From NCBI RefSeq assembly GCF_001194135.2, contig NC_068989.1, forward strand, positions 28,834,121 to 28,898,120: DNA of 64,000 bases, in the 5' to 3' direction. A model generated the notes under the pieces. That model did no database searches. It saw only the letters and a list, made by a program, of their open reading frames with translations, and was not told where the DNA came from. Numbering within the stretch: the first letter of the stretch is position 1; each line of letters begins with the position of its first letter. Origin of the DNA: Octopus bimaculoides. Lineage: Eukaryota. This document shows, piece after piece, positions 49,794 to 62,299 of the stretch. The translations under genes and the position numbers were made by a program.

Positions 49794-50597
49794 GTATGTT
49801 ACCTTTTCTCATTTCCATTTTTATGGCTGCTTATTTCTTAAAATTTTGTTGAATTTGATGAGTTTACTTCTTATCTCGCTACCAACATTCTGTAATAAAC
49901 TGTCATTTATTTTAGGGTATCTTTTTCTTTAGGGTCTGTTGTAATATTGCTCACTGGATTCAACATTCAGGATGGAACATTATCTGTTATAGTTGGAAGT
50001 TTTTAGTTTTTATATTTATCAAGGAAACTCCTGTAGCAATTTAAAGTAAAACAGTAGAGGAAATGGAACTAAATGTGAATGGAAGAGTTATTTGGATATA
50101 TAAAAAGGAAAACCCAAATCAAATAACTACTTTATTGAAACAAAATTATTTAAGCAAAATTAGAGAATTTGTGCCTTTTCTTGTAAGAATTTTCTTTCTT
50201 TTTCTTTTTTGTGAAAAACTTTGTTAAAAATTTAGTAAGACCATAGATTGTCTAAGGTTTCTTCTTCATCAAACTGTTTTTAAGTTGATGCTTAACAAGA
50301 CATAGAGAGGATAAAAACAATTTTATTCTAAATGATACTAAGACACAATAAGCACCAGTTAGACAAACAACAGAGACTGGCTCCAATAACTATCAGATTG
50401 CTGGATGACTTTGTTACCAGCTGCACTAAGTAAGTGCACTATAGTGTAATTGATAACAAAATAGTCTAGTAAGTGATAATTACAGTTTGTGTCTTGTCAG
50501 TGGGTATGTTTCTCATCTAACTGAATTCAGTCCTAATAATGTTTAATATTATTTCATTGTTTTAGTGTGTTCTTTTTCCATAATTAAATGTAATATT

Positions 50598-51811
50598 TGA
50601 GGGGAAGTCAGAAATTATCCGCACTTTCACCATAACATATCTTTATTATTGTCACACTGCCTTCTGCACATGTGTACTTATAGTTGGTGCTATTGTGATC
50701 ACATGATCAAAGTTTGAGCCTGATTGTGCCATTTTTCTTTCTGGCTTTACAGTGTAAGCATGGCTGCTCCACTAGCAATGTGCACCAAAGAAGAAGGAGC
50801 AGTGATCTGATTTCTGTGGTCAGGTGTGTCAGGTGCTGAAATTCATCAGAGGCTTTTAACACAATTGGTTAATGGTTTTAACATTCTGGGCAGCCATGTG
50901 TGGGTGTGCATTGACATGCAATAACAAAACTTCAACAATAGGCTTTGGCATTTGGTGTGAATTGCCAGCTTCAGTTTGTTGGCCAGCAAAGTACTGTATC
51001 TTGCACTGTTGATTGTACACCCCTTTTCCAGGTAGTCTTCCAGTATAGGCCCTTTTGAGTCCTCAGAAAGGGTTAGCATCACCTTTCCCGCAGAGGACTG
51101 AGTCTTGAATTTCTTCGTTGCTGGTGAACCAGGATGTTGCCACTCCATACTCTCTTTTGGATTCTGCCTCATTATGATGGACCCACGTTTCATCTCCTGT
51201 GACTAATCTGCTCAAAAATTCCTCGCCCTCATTGTTGTAGCAATCAAGTAAATGTTGGCAGACATTTGCGCTTGTGCTCTGCAGTAAGCTCTCTTGGCAC
51301 CCATCTTGCACAGACTTTATGGAAGCTGAGTCCATTGTGGGTAATTTGATAGGCAGAACCATGACTAATCTGCAGTGAACGAGCTACCTCATCAATGATA
51401 ACTTACTGGTTTACTATTGCCATATCTTGAGCTTGCTGAATCTTTTCATCAGTGTTGGAGGTTGATGGGCGTCCTGTTCCCTCTTCATGCATCATGCTTG
51501 TCTGACCACTATTAAACTTCTTAATCCACTCATACACACTTCTATGCGGTAGTGCACTGTCCCCATATTATGCTAAAAACTTTCGATGAATTTCAGCTCG
51601 TGACACACCTGATCAGAGAAATCAGATCACTGCTCTTTGTTCTTCTTTGGGGCACACTGTAAAGCCAGAAAGAAAAATGGTGCGATCGGGGTCAAACTTC
51701 GATCATGGGACCACAATAGTACCAACTATAAGCACACCTGTCCAGAGGGCAGTGTGAAAATGATAAAGACATGTTATGGCAAAAGTGGGGATAATTTTTG
51801 ATTTCCCTTTG
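50598..51811 (-). mobile_element. mariner derivative with about 250-bp inverted ends
   Basis: Transposase remnants VTGDETWVHH..E.KR.SMEW.HPGSP..KKFK...SAGKVML on the minus strand. 50598-50865 is an inverted copy of 51568-51811, including the first codons. Confidence 0.88.
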
Positions 51812-52369
51812 TATAATCATTCTTTGTGTCTTGATCCATTTCTGTCTCACTTTTGATGCTTAAAGTCTTTTACATCTGACCTAACACTTCTCCCAAGTTT
51901 GGTGCTTTCCACATTCAATTTACATCTTTCCTTCCAGTAATACACTGAAATTAACTGGTTTCCTTTGACTACATGAACGTGTTGTGTTGGAATTTAAGTT
52001 TATATTAGAATTTCAAAACAACTTTAATCTCAATATTTTCCTTTAAAAGTTAATAATTAGAGGTTGGCTACATAGTAGGATTAAGCAGTTGGTAATTTCT
52101 TCAAGTTCTTGACTAGCTAACACTTCTGTTATGTAGGTTCACTTTGAAATTATCAAAATCATTATTTGATTGTATAAATAGGTCAGGTTGTTAAATATTT
52201 TAGCTTTTGTTTTTTGAAAAGATTTGATTTTGGGCATGTTATTTGATAAATATTAGATATATTTACAGAGTAGATTGTATGTTTAAAATAAAAGAATTAA
52301 AAAAAATTTTTTTTTTGTTATTGGTTGAATCTCTTCAAGTGAAATCTACAATTACAGAGTGGGTGATCA

Positions 52370-53400
52370 TCTGTTAATTAGATGTTTACAATATTTGTGG
52401 CATTTACCTTATTCTCCACCTTCACAGCTTAGCTATTATCTCTTTCCCCAATTTATAAGATTATTCTATGAATCTGCCTTTAACTTTGATGATTGCTTTA
52501 ATGTGGGACTGGAATCATTGACATACCTGCACTAAATTGTCCTTATTCATTTTGAAAATCACCTGGACAGTGGCAGCCTTCAGTGAAGGTACAGTATGGG
52601 AATGATGTACATTAGTATCACTTACAACAATGCTCCAAACATAGTAGTTAATGGGATTTAAATCTGGCTGGTTTGGTGTAACATGATTGTAAAGATTGTC
52701 TAATATCCATTCTTGGGTTACATGTGCTTTGTGCAGTGTTGAATCTTGTTGAAGCATGTTTGGCCTTCCATTGCATGCTTATCCAAAGCTGGAAAACTCT
52801 CTAGCATCTCAATGTATCCGGCAATATTAATTCTACAATCCTGTGAGGTGGCATGATATGGCTTTTGTTACTCACCATTCTTAAAACCATCACTATTGCT
52901 GGAATCTTAGTATTCATCATTTTGGGGACATAAGAAGAATCTGCACATAACCATCTGTCATTTTTCCTGTTAAACTTTGGGTCTTGGTTGAAGTTTTTCT
53001 CATCAGAGAAGAACCAAAGCATGTGATATTCATGAGAATTTTTAAACCTTGTTAAGAAACTACTTTGCACAGATCAAACAGTTTTCCAACTGAATGTCCA
53101 TGTGCACCACAGTTCTGATAGTCCACTCCGACACCTGAAGTTCTTTGACTTTCCAGGATTATCATCAATAATATTTTGAAACTGTTTGATAAATTACACT
53201 AGCCTTATAGTATTCAAATGTTTAGAATTTTTTTGATACAGTTAAGACATTCTTACCAAAGGCATCCAATTCTATCTAAACTTTGCGTACAAAAGATTTT
53301 GCAACATTTAGAAGGCTGGTGATTTCCAAATTGTTGTGTTCCTCACATAGGGCAACAACAACTACATGTCTTTTTTTGTTAGCATTTTATCTGCCATGAG
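52370..53400 (-). mobile_element. maT-like Tc1/mariner relic
   Basis: Reads WFFSDEKNFNQD.K.NR.NDRWL and LQQDS.LH.A..TQ.W...PDLNPINYYVW. Confidence 0.8.
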
Positions 53401-53511
53401 GAATCTGAAAGAAATTAAAACCTTTTAATTGGTTTGAAGTGTGTAATATACTGGTAACTAAGTGCCCTCAAATGTCCCTTGCACCCTGTGTGTGCATATG
53501 CGCATGCATGT

Positions 53512-53554
<43 letters not shown>

Positions 53555-53555
<1 letters not shown>

Positions 53556-53705
53556 TCTTTGTCTTCAACCAAATCCACTCACAAGGCTTTTGTTGGTCTG
53601 GGGTTATAGTTGAAAATGCTTGCCCAAGATGCTGTGCAGTGGGACTGAACCTGAGACAACATAGATAGGATGTAAGCTTCTAAACCACACAGCCATTCCT
53701 ATGCT
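53555..53705 (-). mobile_element. SINE head
   Basis: CAAATCCACTCACAAGGCTTT...GCCCAAG.TGC.G.GCAGTGGGACTGAACC...ACCACACAGCCA. Confidence 0.75.
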
Positions 53706-54238
53706 GTGAACCACACCTATGCCATGAAGAAAATTAAAGTGCTGAAGTAAAATACAGCACTGTCTTGTGTACTGTGCTAGCTGTACTGCCACTGTTGTGG
53801 CATGTTAATCCGTCACCATATTTATTATTTGTTAATTATAGATAGAAAATAGATAGAAAGCACTGAAATAATAAGAATATATTCATGCTTTACAGTCTCA
53901 AGTTTAGCACTTTATGGTTTGAGGTCCTCATCTAGAAGGTTTAGTATTGAAAGAATAATTTAGAGGAATATTTGGGGTATTTAATGACTTATAAAACCCC
54001 GTCCTTCTGAAAAGTGTAAGCATTTGATCAAATAATTATTGATTATCTTAATACTGTTTTAGTTCTTTGATTAAATAGTGTTGATAAAACTGATACTAGA
54101 AGCAGTGTAGTTAGAGGTGTTACTATTAGTATCAATTCAGACTTTCATGAAGCAAGAACAGATTTAAAAAAAAAAAAAAACTGTCTGTGGACTATCTTGT
54201 CAAATTGTGTTGTTTATTTTCATTTTTATTTTTTCCAG

Positions 54239-54597
54239 CTACCATACTCCTCGACATAGTGACTATGAAGAGTTGGAGAGAAAGTACTGGAAAAACATTA
54301 CATTTGTTGCTCCTGTATATGGAGCAGATATTTCTGGCAGTTTATATGATGAAGACCAAGATTATTGGAATATCAATAGGTTAGGAACCATATTAGACCA
54401 TGTTAATGAGGATTATGGGATCAAGATTGAAGGTGTCAACACTGCATATCTTTATTTTGGCATGTGGAAAACCACATTTGCTTGGCACACTGAAGATATG
54501 GACTTATACAGTATCAACTATATTCATTATGGAGCACCAAAATCCTGGTATGCTATCCCACCTGAACATGGAAGAAGGTTGGAACGACTTGCACAAG
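54239..54597 (+). CDS. KDM4: KDM4 third coding exon (JmjC N-terminal half), 359 nt
   Basis: Acceptor TTTTCCAG|C. Translates [19 protein letters not shown]...[11 protein letters not shown]...[50 protein letters not shown](G). Fe-binding H-T-E codons at 54486-54494. Donor AAG|GTATTC, phase 1. Confidence 0.97.
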
Positions 54598-54707
54598 GTA
54601 TTCCTTAAATTTACCTCCTGTCACCATCTTGATTAGGGCATGTGTACATCCCTCCTATTACATAAATTTTTGATGTTCGTACAATAAATATGCCAAGAAT
54701 GTTTCCA

Positions 54708-54744
<37 letters not shown>

Positions 54745-54745
<1 letters not shown>

Positions 54746-55610
54746 TTATTGCTGGAAGTGAAAACAAAAGCTAAGATGTTTTAATCTTTGTTTTAGTTTA
54801 TTTTCATGTAATGCCATTTAATCTTCCTCTCCCATACAGCATCCTTACCAGCCGCTTTCTCATATATACTATGTAGCTTAGATTAGTACAAATTCTCCTA
54901 TGTTTTATGTTCGTATGTAGAATAAAACAGTATGATTTTTTTCATATGCTCCTAAGTTTACATGATAATATATAGCTTGAAACACTAATCTATAGTATCA
55001 TATGGCTTATTGTGTATTGATAATAATAATTATAATAAAAGTTCTGAATGTTAATATACATTAAAAATCAGTATAGGGTGTATTATTGTTGTTGTTTTTA
55101 ATGTATGTTAATATTCAAAACGTTTTTTATTATTATTATTAATAATAATAATAAAAGTTTTGAATATTAACATACATTAAAAAAAAAAAACTAACAGCAT
55201 CCATCTTGCAAAAACATTCTGTAGTGATAGATATAGTCTGTTTTACTTGCTTATTGCCAAAAGTGAAAACAGAAGCTAAGTTTATTTAATCTTAGTCTTA
55301 CTTTATTTTCATGTATTTTCATGTAATGCCGTTTAATTATTCTCTCCCATACAGCATCCTTACCAGCTGATTTCGTATATATATTATGTAGCTTAGATTA
55401 GTACGAATTCTTCTATGTTTTATGTTAGTATGTAGAATAGAACAGTATGATTGTTTCCATATGCTCCTAAGTTTATATGATAATGTATAGCTTCAAGTGT
55501 TAATCTATGATATTATGTGGTTTAGGGTGTATTGATGATAATAATTATAATAAGAATTCTGAATCTTAATGTACATTAAAAACAGTGTCCATCTTGCAAA
55601 AACATTATGC
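54745..55610. repeat. Diverged tandem duplication with an internal AT-rich palindrome
   Basis: 54745-55230 resembles 55248-55610. A palindrome at 55095-55183 is centred on 55140/55141. Confidence 0.9.
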
Positions 55611-55889
55611 CTGCCCCACTCCCACCATTTCATTATAAATATACATGACTTTCTCCTTAGCTAATCATAATCATATTTTTTAAGTGTGCACACCTGTCAG
55701 CTTACTGTATAAGTGTCTGTATGTAGTTATGTGAACCTCATTAGGTATATATGTCAGTGTGGCTGTATGTATTTATGAGTATATATGTATATATTTACAT
55801 CTATGTATACCTCTGTGTGGACTTCTTGTTCATATGTGTGTATGTATATATGAGTATATGGGTGTACTTATATCTATATTGCATCGTCA

Positions 55890-56105
55890 TTCATGTGATG
55901 CATATGAATGAGGACAGCTGCATAAAGAAGTGCTTACACTGAAGTGGATGGTATCCGCAGAAGAGGGAGATCCAGGAAGATGTGGAATGAAGTGGTAAGG
56001 ACTAATCTCAGGATGTTGGGCCTCATGGAGGAAATGAAAATGGACTGAAATGTCTGTTGATATGAAGTTCTAGCGAAGACCTGCTCATGTCAGCAAAACT
56101 GAGTT
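55890..56105 (+). mobile_element. RTE C-terminal fragment
   Basis: Reads HVMHMNEDSCIKKC...GRSRKMWNEVV. Confidence 0.7.
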
Positions 56106-57304
56106 CGAGAGGCTGTGTCCCACTGACACTTAACAGGAAAACTTCTCTCACACTCTACCACAACAAACCAAACTATGTCTCTACATCTCTTCTCTTCCTC
56201 ACATTTCTGCTTCATGCGCTATGCTTACCTCCCACTCCCCAATCCTGTCCNNNNNNNNNNCTTCCTCACATTTCTGCTTCATGCGCTATGCTTACCTCCC
56301 ACTCCCCAATCCTGTCCTCTTGGCCCTGCTCCACTGTATCATTGCTCTCCACTAACTCCTGACCTGTGTGTTCCACCCCACATGCCCTCATTCACTGTAT
56401 TATTGCTATCTGCTAGCCCCTGACCTGTGTGTTCCACCCACACATAACAAGAAAACTTTTCACTCACCTTACCCCGACAAACCAATCTACACCTCCACAT
56501 CTCTTCTCTTCCTCATATTTCCTCCTTCATACACTATGCCCTGCTCTCACTTCCCAATCCTGTCCTCACAACCCTCTTCCTCTGTATCACTGCTATTCAG
56601 TAGCCCTCCCGACTATATATACTCAAGTTTTCACTACCACCCCTCTGTACTCTTTAATCACACTTCCTTTGCAATATCCTACCACATTATGGCATTCAAA
56701 CTTCTGATCACCATCCCTTGTATGCCCAGCATTTTGCAACCATCTCTATTCTACAGTCTCCCACTCTCTTTCCTTCTCCTGCATTTCCCTCAGGTTGAGT
56801 AATCATGTATTACCTTTGCAGTAGCGCACTTGTTTCTATCTTCAATCCTGGTCTCTCTGTAACCTTGTACTTTCTCTGCAGCAAGACATCTGTTTCTGTG
56901 AAACCATCCCATCCATGCTAGCATGGAAGGCAGATGTTAAACAATGATGATGTGTACATTTATATAGACAACATGTTCATATGTGTGTGCATGTGTGGGT
57001 ATATCGATAGTGAATATATATGTGTGTGTATTTGTATGTATGAATATGCAAGATTCATACCATGCTGTATATATGTAAGATTCATACCATGTCTTTGTAT
57101 ATGTAGACATATATGAGATATGTGTATATTAGCATATAAAGTTAATACTGTGTATGTATAAATGGACATGCATGACTACTTTCATGCCCTTCTTACCCCT
57201 CTCTTTACTGGGCCTTAATCTGGATGCTGTATGGGAGTGAGCAAATTGTACTTCATTGGATTGAATACATGCTGTACCAAGGTATATGTGTATATATATA
57301 TACA

Positions 57305-58820
57305 TACTAGCAGCTAAGCCCGGTTTCACCCGGTCTGTTTGGATGATGTGGCTTTGATCGTTTTCAGTTAGGCATAATCTGTCACAGTGTTTCTCAACCT
57401 TATCATTTCGGGTCCCCTGCTTCAATTGGAGCCTCCAGCTGTATGAAAATTTTCTCCCCTCTTCCCTGACAGAAAACAGCTTTGCCCATTCCCCCCTCCC
57501 AAAAAACTACCCTTTGTTGAAATTTTTTTTTTTCTACAGAAACCCCCCTTTTCGGCTACGGGGAGTACGAATCTGCAAAAAAAGTGGCAAAGATCAACAT
57601 TTCTAAATTACTCCCACCCCCATTTCCTTCATTTTGAACTTTTTTGAGAATTTTTTNNNNNNNNNNNNNNNNNNNNNNNNNNNNNNNNNNNNNNNNNNNN
57701 NNNNNNNNNNNNNNNNNNNNNNNNNNNNNNNNNNNNNNNNNNNNNNNNNNNNNNNNNNNNNNNNNNNNNNNNNNNNNNNNNNNNNNNNNNNNNNNNNNNN
57801 NNNNNNNNNNNNNNNNNNNNNNNNNNNNNNNNNNNNNNNNNNNNNNNNNNNNNNNNNNNNNNNNNNNNNNNNNNNNNNNNNNNNNNNNNNNNNNNNNNNN
57901 NNNNNNNNNNNNNNNNNNNNNNNNNNNNNNNNNNNNNNNNNNNNNNNNNNNNNNNNNNNNNNNNNNNNNNNNNNNNNNNNNNNNNNNNNNNNNNNNNNNN
58001 NNNNNNNNNNNNNNNNNNNNNNNNNNNNNNNNNNNNNNNNNNNNATGTGAGGTCATGGTAGAAAATTTTTACGATAGTTGATTTATGGAAAAGATTATGT
58101 CAAATTTTTGAAATGCAAATCTGTGAATGAAAATTAAGTTCAGACCTCTACATGGTAAGTAGATCTGGTAGAAATAGCATCCAAACCTCCCTCAAAATAC
58201 CCTACTGTATTAATGCAACAATTCTGCATATTATGTAGTTTGAATGAGAAACTGTAACTAAAGATGAAGATAATTAAACCCACAAAGAGGTGAAAGAAGA
58301 GAGACAGCATAGCGAAAGTTTTGGCTGACTCATCCTGTAGTCCCCTTGTTGCTGTGTGAGCAACTGGTTGCATTAATGGCAGAACAAAGAGGGGATTTGC
58401 ATTAGAAAATGTTTTAATCGATTTTCTCGGTAAGTATGGGGGGTAGGAAAAAAATAGAAGAGGCATTAAGAAGTTGACGTTAAGAATTGCTTTAACAATT
58501 AGAAAATGTTTGACATTTCAATCATCACTAAAAAAATGAAGCTGTAAGAATTTACGGGGAAATTGTATGTAAGAAGTAAAGCAGAAATGATTTGTAACTG
58601 TACTGCCAAAGTTCTGCAACTTAATAGCAGACGTATCCAATTTAAGAAAAGTGAAGATAAAAACTAAGTGAAGAAGTATGGAATAAGTCATTGTTATACG
58701 CTTATAGAAAAAATAGACACGTACCTTTTTAAAGAACATAATGTAGCTGAGAGCTATTGTATTAGATGTTTGTGTAATGTAATAGCTAATTGTAGCGAGC
58801 AGAAATTGAAAGATATATGA
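57305..58820 (+). mobile_element. Helitron2-like element spanning an N-gap
   Basis: 5' end ACTAGCAGCTAAGCCCGGTTTCACCCGGT. Internal sequence resembles 60-340 and the 27.1/28.7 kb arms. The right boundary is uncertain. Confidence 0.4.
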
Positions 58821-58849
58821 AATGGGTGTGTACGTGTGTGTTTTTGCGG

Positions 58850-60390
58850 ATAATTTGGCGGGAGTTTTGCCAACTACTCTGAGAGTATAGTGGGTGCTTT
58901 TTATGTGCCACTGGCATGGGAGCCAGTCAGGCAGCACTGGCATCGACCATGCTCAAACAATGCTTTTTATGTGCCACCTGCATGGGTGCCAGTCAGGTGG
59001 ACTGGCATAGCTTACACTTGAATGATGCTTTTTACATGTCACTGGCATGGGTTCCAGTCAGGCGGCACTGACATTGGCCACAACTGTGATTTCATTTTGT
59101 CCAACTGGTCTTCACAAACACAGCAATTGAAGGGAGCTTTTAAATAGGCCAGTTATATGACACTGGCATCGGCCACGACTACAATCTTACTTGGCTTGCT
59201 GGGTCTTCTCAAGCACAGCATATCTCCAAAGATCTCAGGCATTACAGGGGCAATGACAAGCGACCAAAGTTTGAGGGTTGTGCTTCACCACCTCATCCCA
59301 TGTCTTCCTGGGTCTACTTCTTCCACAGGTTCCATCAACTTTTAGGGTGTGACACTTCTTCATACAGTTGTCCTTATCCATATGCATCACATGACCATAC
59401 TAGCACAGTTGTCTCCCTTGCACACTACATCTGATGCTTATGTCCAACTTTTCTCTCAGGTCACTTACACTGTGTCGTGAATGCACGCTGACATTACACA
59501 TCCAGCAGAGCATAGTAGCTTCATTTCTTTCAAGCCTATGCATGTCCTCAGTAGTCATAGCCCATGTTTCATTGCCATGTAGCATGGCTGTTTGCACACA
59601 GGTATCATACAGTCTACCTTTCACTCTGAGAGAGAGAACTTTTGTTACCAGCAGAAGTAAGAGCTCTCTGAACTATGCCCTGGAAATTCTTATTCTAGTA
59701 GCTATACTCTCAGAGCGTGGAGGCGCAATGGCCTAGTGGCTCCGGCAGGGGACGGCGGCGAACCCTGCTGTACTCTTTCACCACAACTTTCTCTCACTCT
59801 TACTTCCTGTTTCTGTTGTGCCTGTATTTCAAAGGGTCAGCCTTGTCACACTGTGTCATGCTGAATATCCCCGAGAACTACGTTAAGAGTACACGTGTCT
59901 GTGGAGTGCTTAGCCACTTGCACGTTAATTTCACGAGCAGGCTGTTCCGTTGATCGGATCAACTGGAACCCTCGACATCGTAATCGACGGAGTGCCAACA
60001 ACTCTCAGAGCAACCACCCCAGCTTCTGACTTGATCACCTAGGTAATGGAAGCTATCAACAATTTCTAGTTTTTTCCCCCTGGCATGTGATGAAATCTGT
60101 GTTCTGTACTTTTTGATGTTTATTGCACCTGTGCTCTACCACACACAAAAACTGTCTTTTCAGTTAAACTTCCTTTGATATTGCTGCACCATAGCTTACA
60201 CCAAGTACATCTTATGGAGTTTCTACCTATTCCTTTTCTACAGATTGAACAGGACCATTTACCTTAAGGGATTTGTGATTTGTCTACCTTCCTACTTACG
60301 AAGACTTTAGGCTTTGCTAGGTTGACTTGAAAGCCCTTCAATTCTAAACCTTGCTTCCACACCTGAAACTTCTTCTCTAGTTCTGATAGT
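58850..60390 (-). mobile_element. RTE LINE 3' part interrupted by a SINE
   Basis: Reads KGRLYDTCVQTAMLHGNETWAMTTEDMHRLERNEA.MLCWMCNVSVH, with 3' UTR subrepeats at 58880-59100. Confidence 0.85.
59717..60000 (+). mobile_element. Second-family tRNA-derived SINE, internally deleted, with 11-bp TSD
   Basis: TSD ACTCTCAGAGC at 59706-59716 and 60001-60011. Head GGAGGCGCAATGGCCTAGTGG. CpGs are retained, so the insertion looks young. Confidence 0.85.
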
Positions 60391-60399
60391 AACTCAGCT

Positions 60400-60431
<32 letters not shown>

Positions 60432-60544
60432 GTGGTTGGGGAGAAGATGTGTATTGGTATGCGGGAAAAAATATTGGAGAAAATCTAAAAACAATTATAC
60501 ATTTTTCAAATTCAGCTAGCTGCATTTTCAAACCCAACACAAAT

Positions 60545-60625
<81 letters not shown>

Positions 60626-60689
60626 GTATATGATTATGTATGTGTGTGTGTGCATAATTACTAAATTTGTTAATGTATGCTACTAATAG

Positions 60690-61270
60690 TCATCATCATC
60701 ATCGTTTAGCATCCGCTTTCCATGCTAGCATGGGTTGGACAATTTGACTGAGGACTGGTGAATCAGATGGCTGCACCAGGCTCCAATCTGATCTGGCAGA
60801 GTTTCTACAGCTGGATGCCCTTCCTAACGTCAACCACTCCGAGAGTGTAGTGGGTGCTTTTACGTGTCACTGGCACGAGGGCCAGTCAAGTGGTACTGGC
60901 AACGGCCACGCTCAAATGGTGTCTTTTACATGCCACCTGCATAGGAGCCAGGCCAGCGGCACTGGCAACGACCTCGCTCGAATGCTTTTTCACATGCCAC
61001 CTGCAGAAGTGCCAGTTAGGCGACGCTGGTAACAATCACGCTCAAATGGTGCTTTTTACGTGCCACCAGTACAGAAGCCAGACAGCTGCTCTGGCAATGA
61101 TCATGCTGAGATGGTGCTGTTAGCGTTCCACTGGCATGGGTGCCAGTCATCGAATTCGGTTCAATTACGATTTTGATTTCCCTTGCTCCAACAGGTCTTC
61201 GCAAGCCGAGTTTAGTGTCTAATGAAGGAAAGGTTGGCATGGGTGCCAGTCATCAAATTTGGTTCGAAGT
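60690..61270 (-). mobile_element. RTE 3' UTR and tail
   Basis: (ATC)n-CGTTT...CCATGCTAGCATGGGTTGGAC start identical to 6212, followed by GCCAG...CTGGC subrepeats. Confidence 0.85.
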
Positions 61271-61449
61271 GTTAATAATAATTAGATATTACTAATTCTT
61301 TATTAAGTCCATGTAATAATAATGAGGGTTCAAACATAGAATTTAGTAGTTTCTAAAATCAGCATCCATCTTTGTAACCCCCACTTCCCCTTCCCCATCA
61401 TTTTCATTTAAACATACATGAATTCCTTCTTTGGCAACTAATATATATA

Positions 61450-61733
61450 TAGAGAGCTCTTACCTCTGCTGGCGACAAAGGGACTCTCACTCAGAGTAAA
61501 AGGCAGACTGTATGACGCATGTGTACGAACAGCCATGCTACATGGCAGTGAAACATGAGCTGTGACTGCTGAGGACATGCGTAAGCTCGCAAGGAATGAA
61601 GCCAGTATGCTCCGCTGGATGTGTAATGTAAATGTGCATACCCGTCAGAGTGTAAGTATCTTGAGAGAAAAGCTGAACATAAGAAGCATCAGTAGTGGTG
61701 CGCAAGAGAGACGATTGCGCTGGTTTGGACATG
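61450..61733 (+). mobile_element. RTE C-terminal fragment running into an N-gap
   Basis: Reads TAEDMRKLARNEASMLRWMCNVNVHTRQSVSILREKLNIRSI....QERRLRWFGH. Confidence 0.85.
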
Positions 61734-62184
61734 NNNNNNNNNNNNNNNNNNNNNNNNNNNNNNNNNNNNNNNNNNNNNNNNNNNNNNNNNNNNNNNNNNN
61801 NNNNNNNNNNNNNNNNNNNNNNNNNNNNNNNNNNNNNNNNNNNNNNNNNNNNNNNNNNNNNNNNNNNNNNNNNNNNNNNNNNNNNNNNNNNNNNNNNNNN
61901 NNNNNNNNNNNNNNNNNNNNNNNNNNNNNNNNNNNNNNNNNNNNNNNNNNNNNNNNNNNNNNNNNNNNNNNNNNNNNNNNNNNNNNNNNNNNNNNNNNNN
62001 NNNNNNNNNNNNNNNNNNNNNNNNNNNNNNNNNNNNNNNNNNNNNNNNNNNNNNNNNNNNNNNNNNNNNNNNNNNNNNNNNNNNNNNNNNNNNNNNNNNN
62101 NNNNNNNNNNNNNNNNNNNNNNNNNNNNNNNNNNNNNNNNNNNNNNNNNNNNNNNNNNNNNNNNNNNNNNNNNNNNNNNNNNNN

Positions 62185-62219
<35 letters not shown>

Positions 62220-62299
62220 TATATATATATAAGATTTAATGTGGATGATGTATATGAATATTTAAACCTTGCTATGTAGCGATCCTCTGTAATTAACCT

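Noticed and set aside
54820-54900. Duplicated acceptor CTCTCCCATACAG as mutually exclusive next KDM4 exons (second at about 55350)
   Set aside because: The phase-1 translation (ASLPA.FSYI...) does not resemble the expected GFFP...FLRHK and stops within about 15 codons.
56180-56330. Direct repeat around the 10-N gap at 56251-56260
   Set aside because: Probably a contig overlap within a CT-rich LINE tail.
57556-58081. Long ORFs made of X; also at 28623-29268 and 61562-62239
   Set aside because: They span N-gaps and are not real coding sequence.
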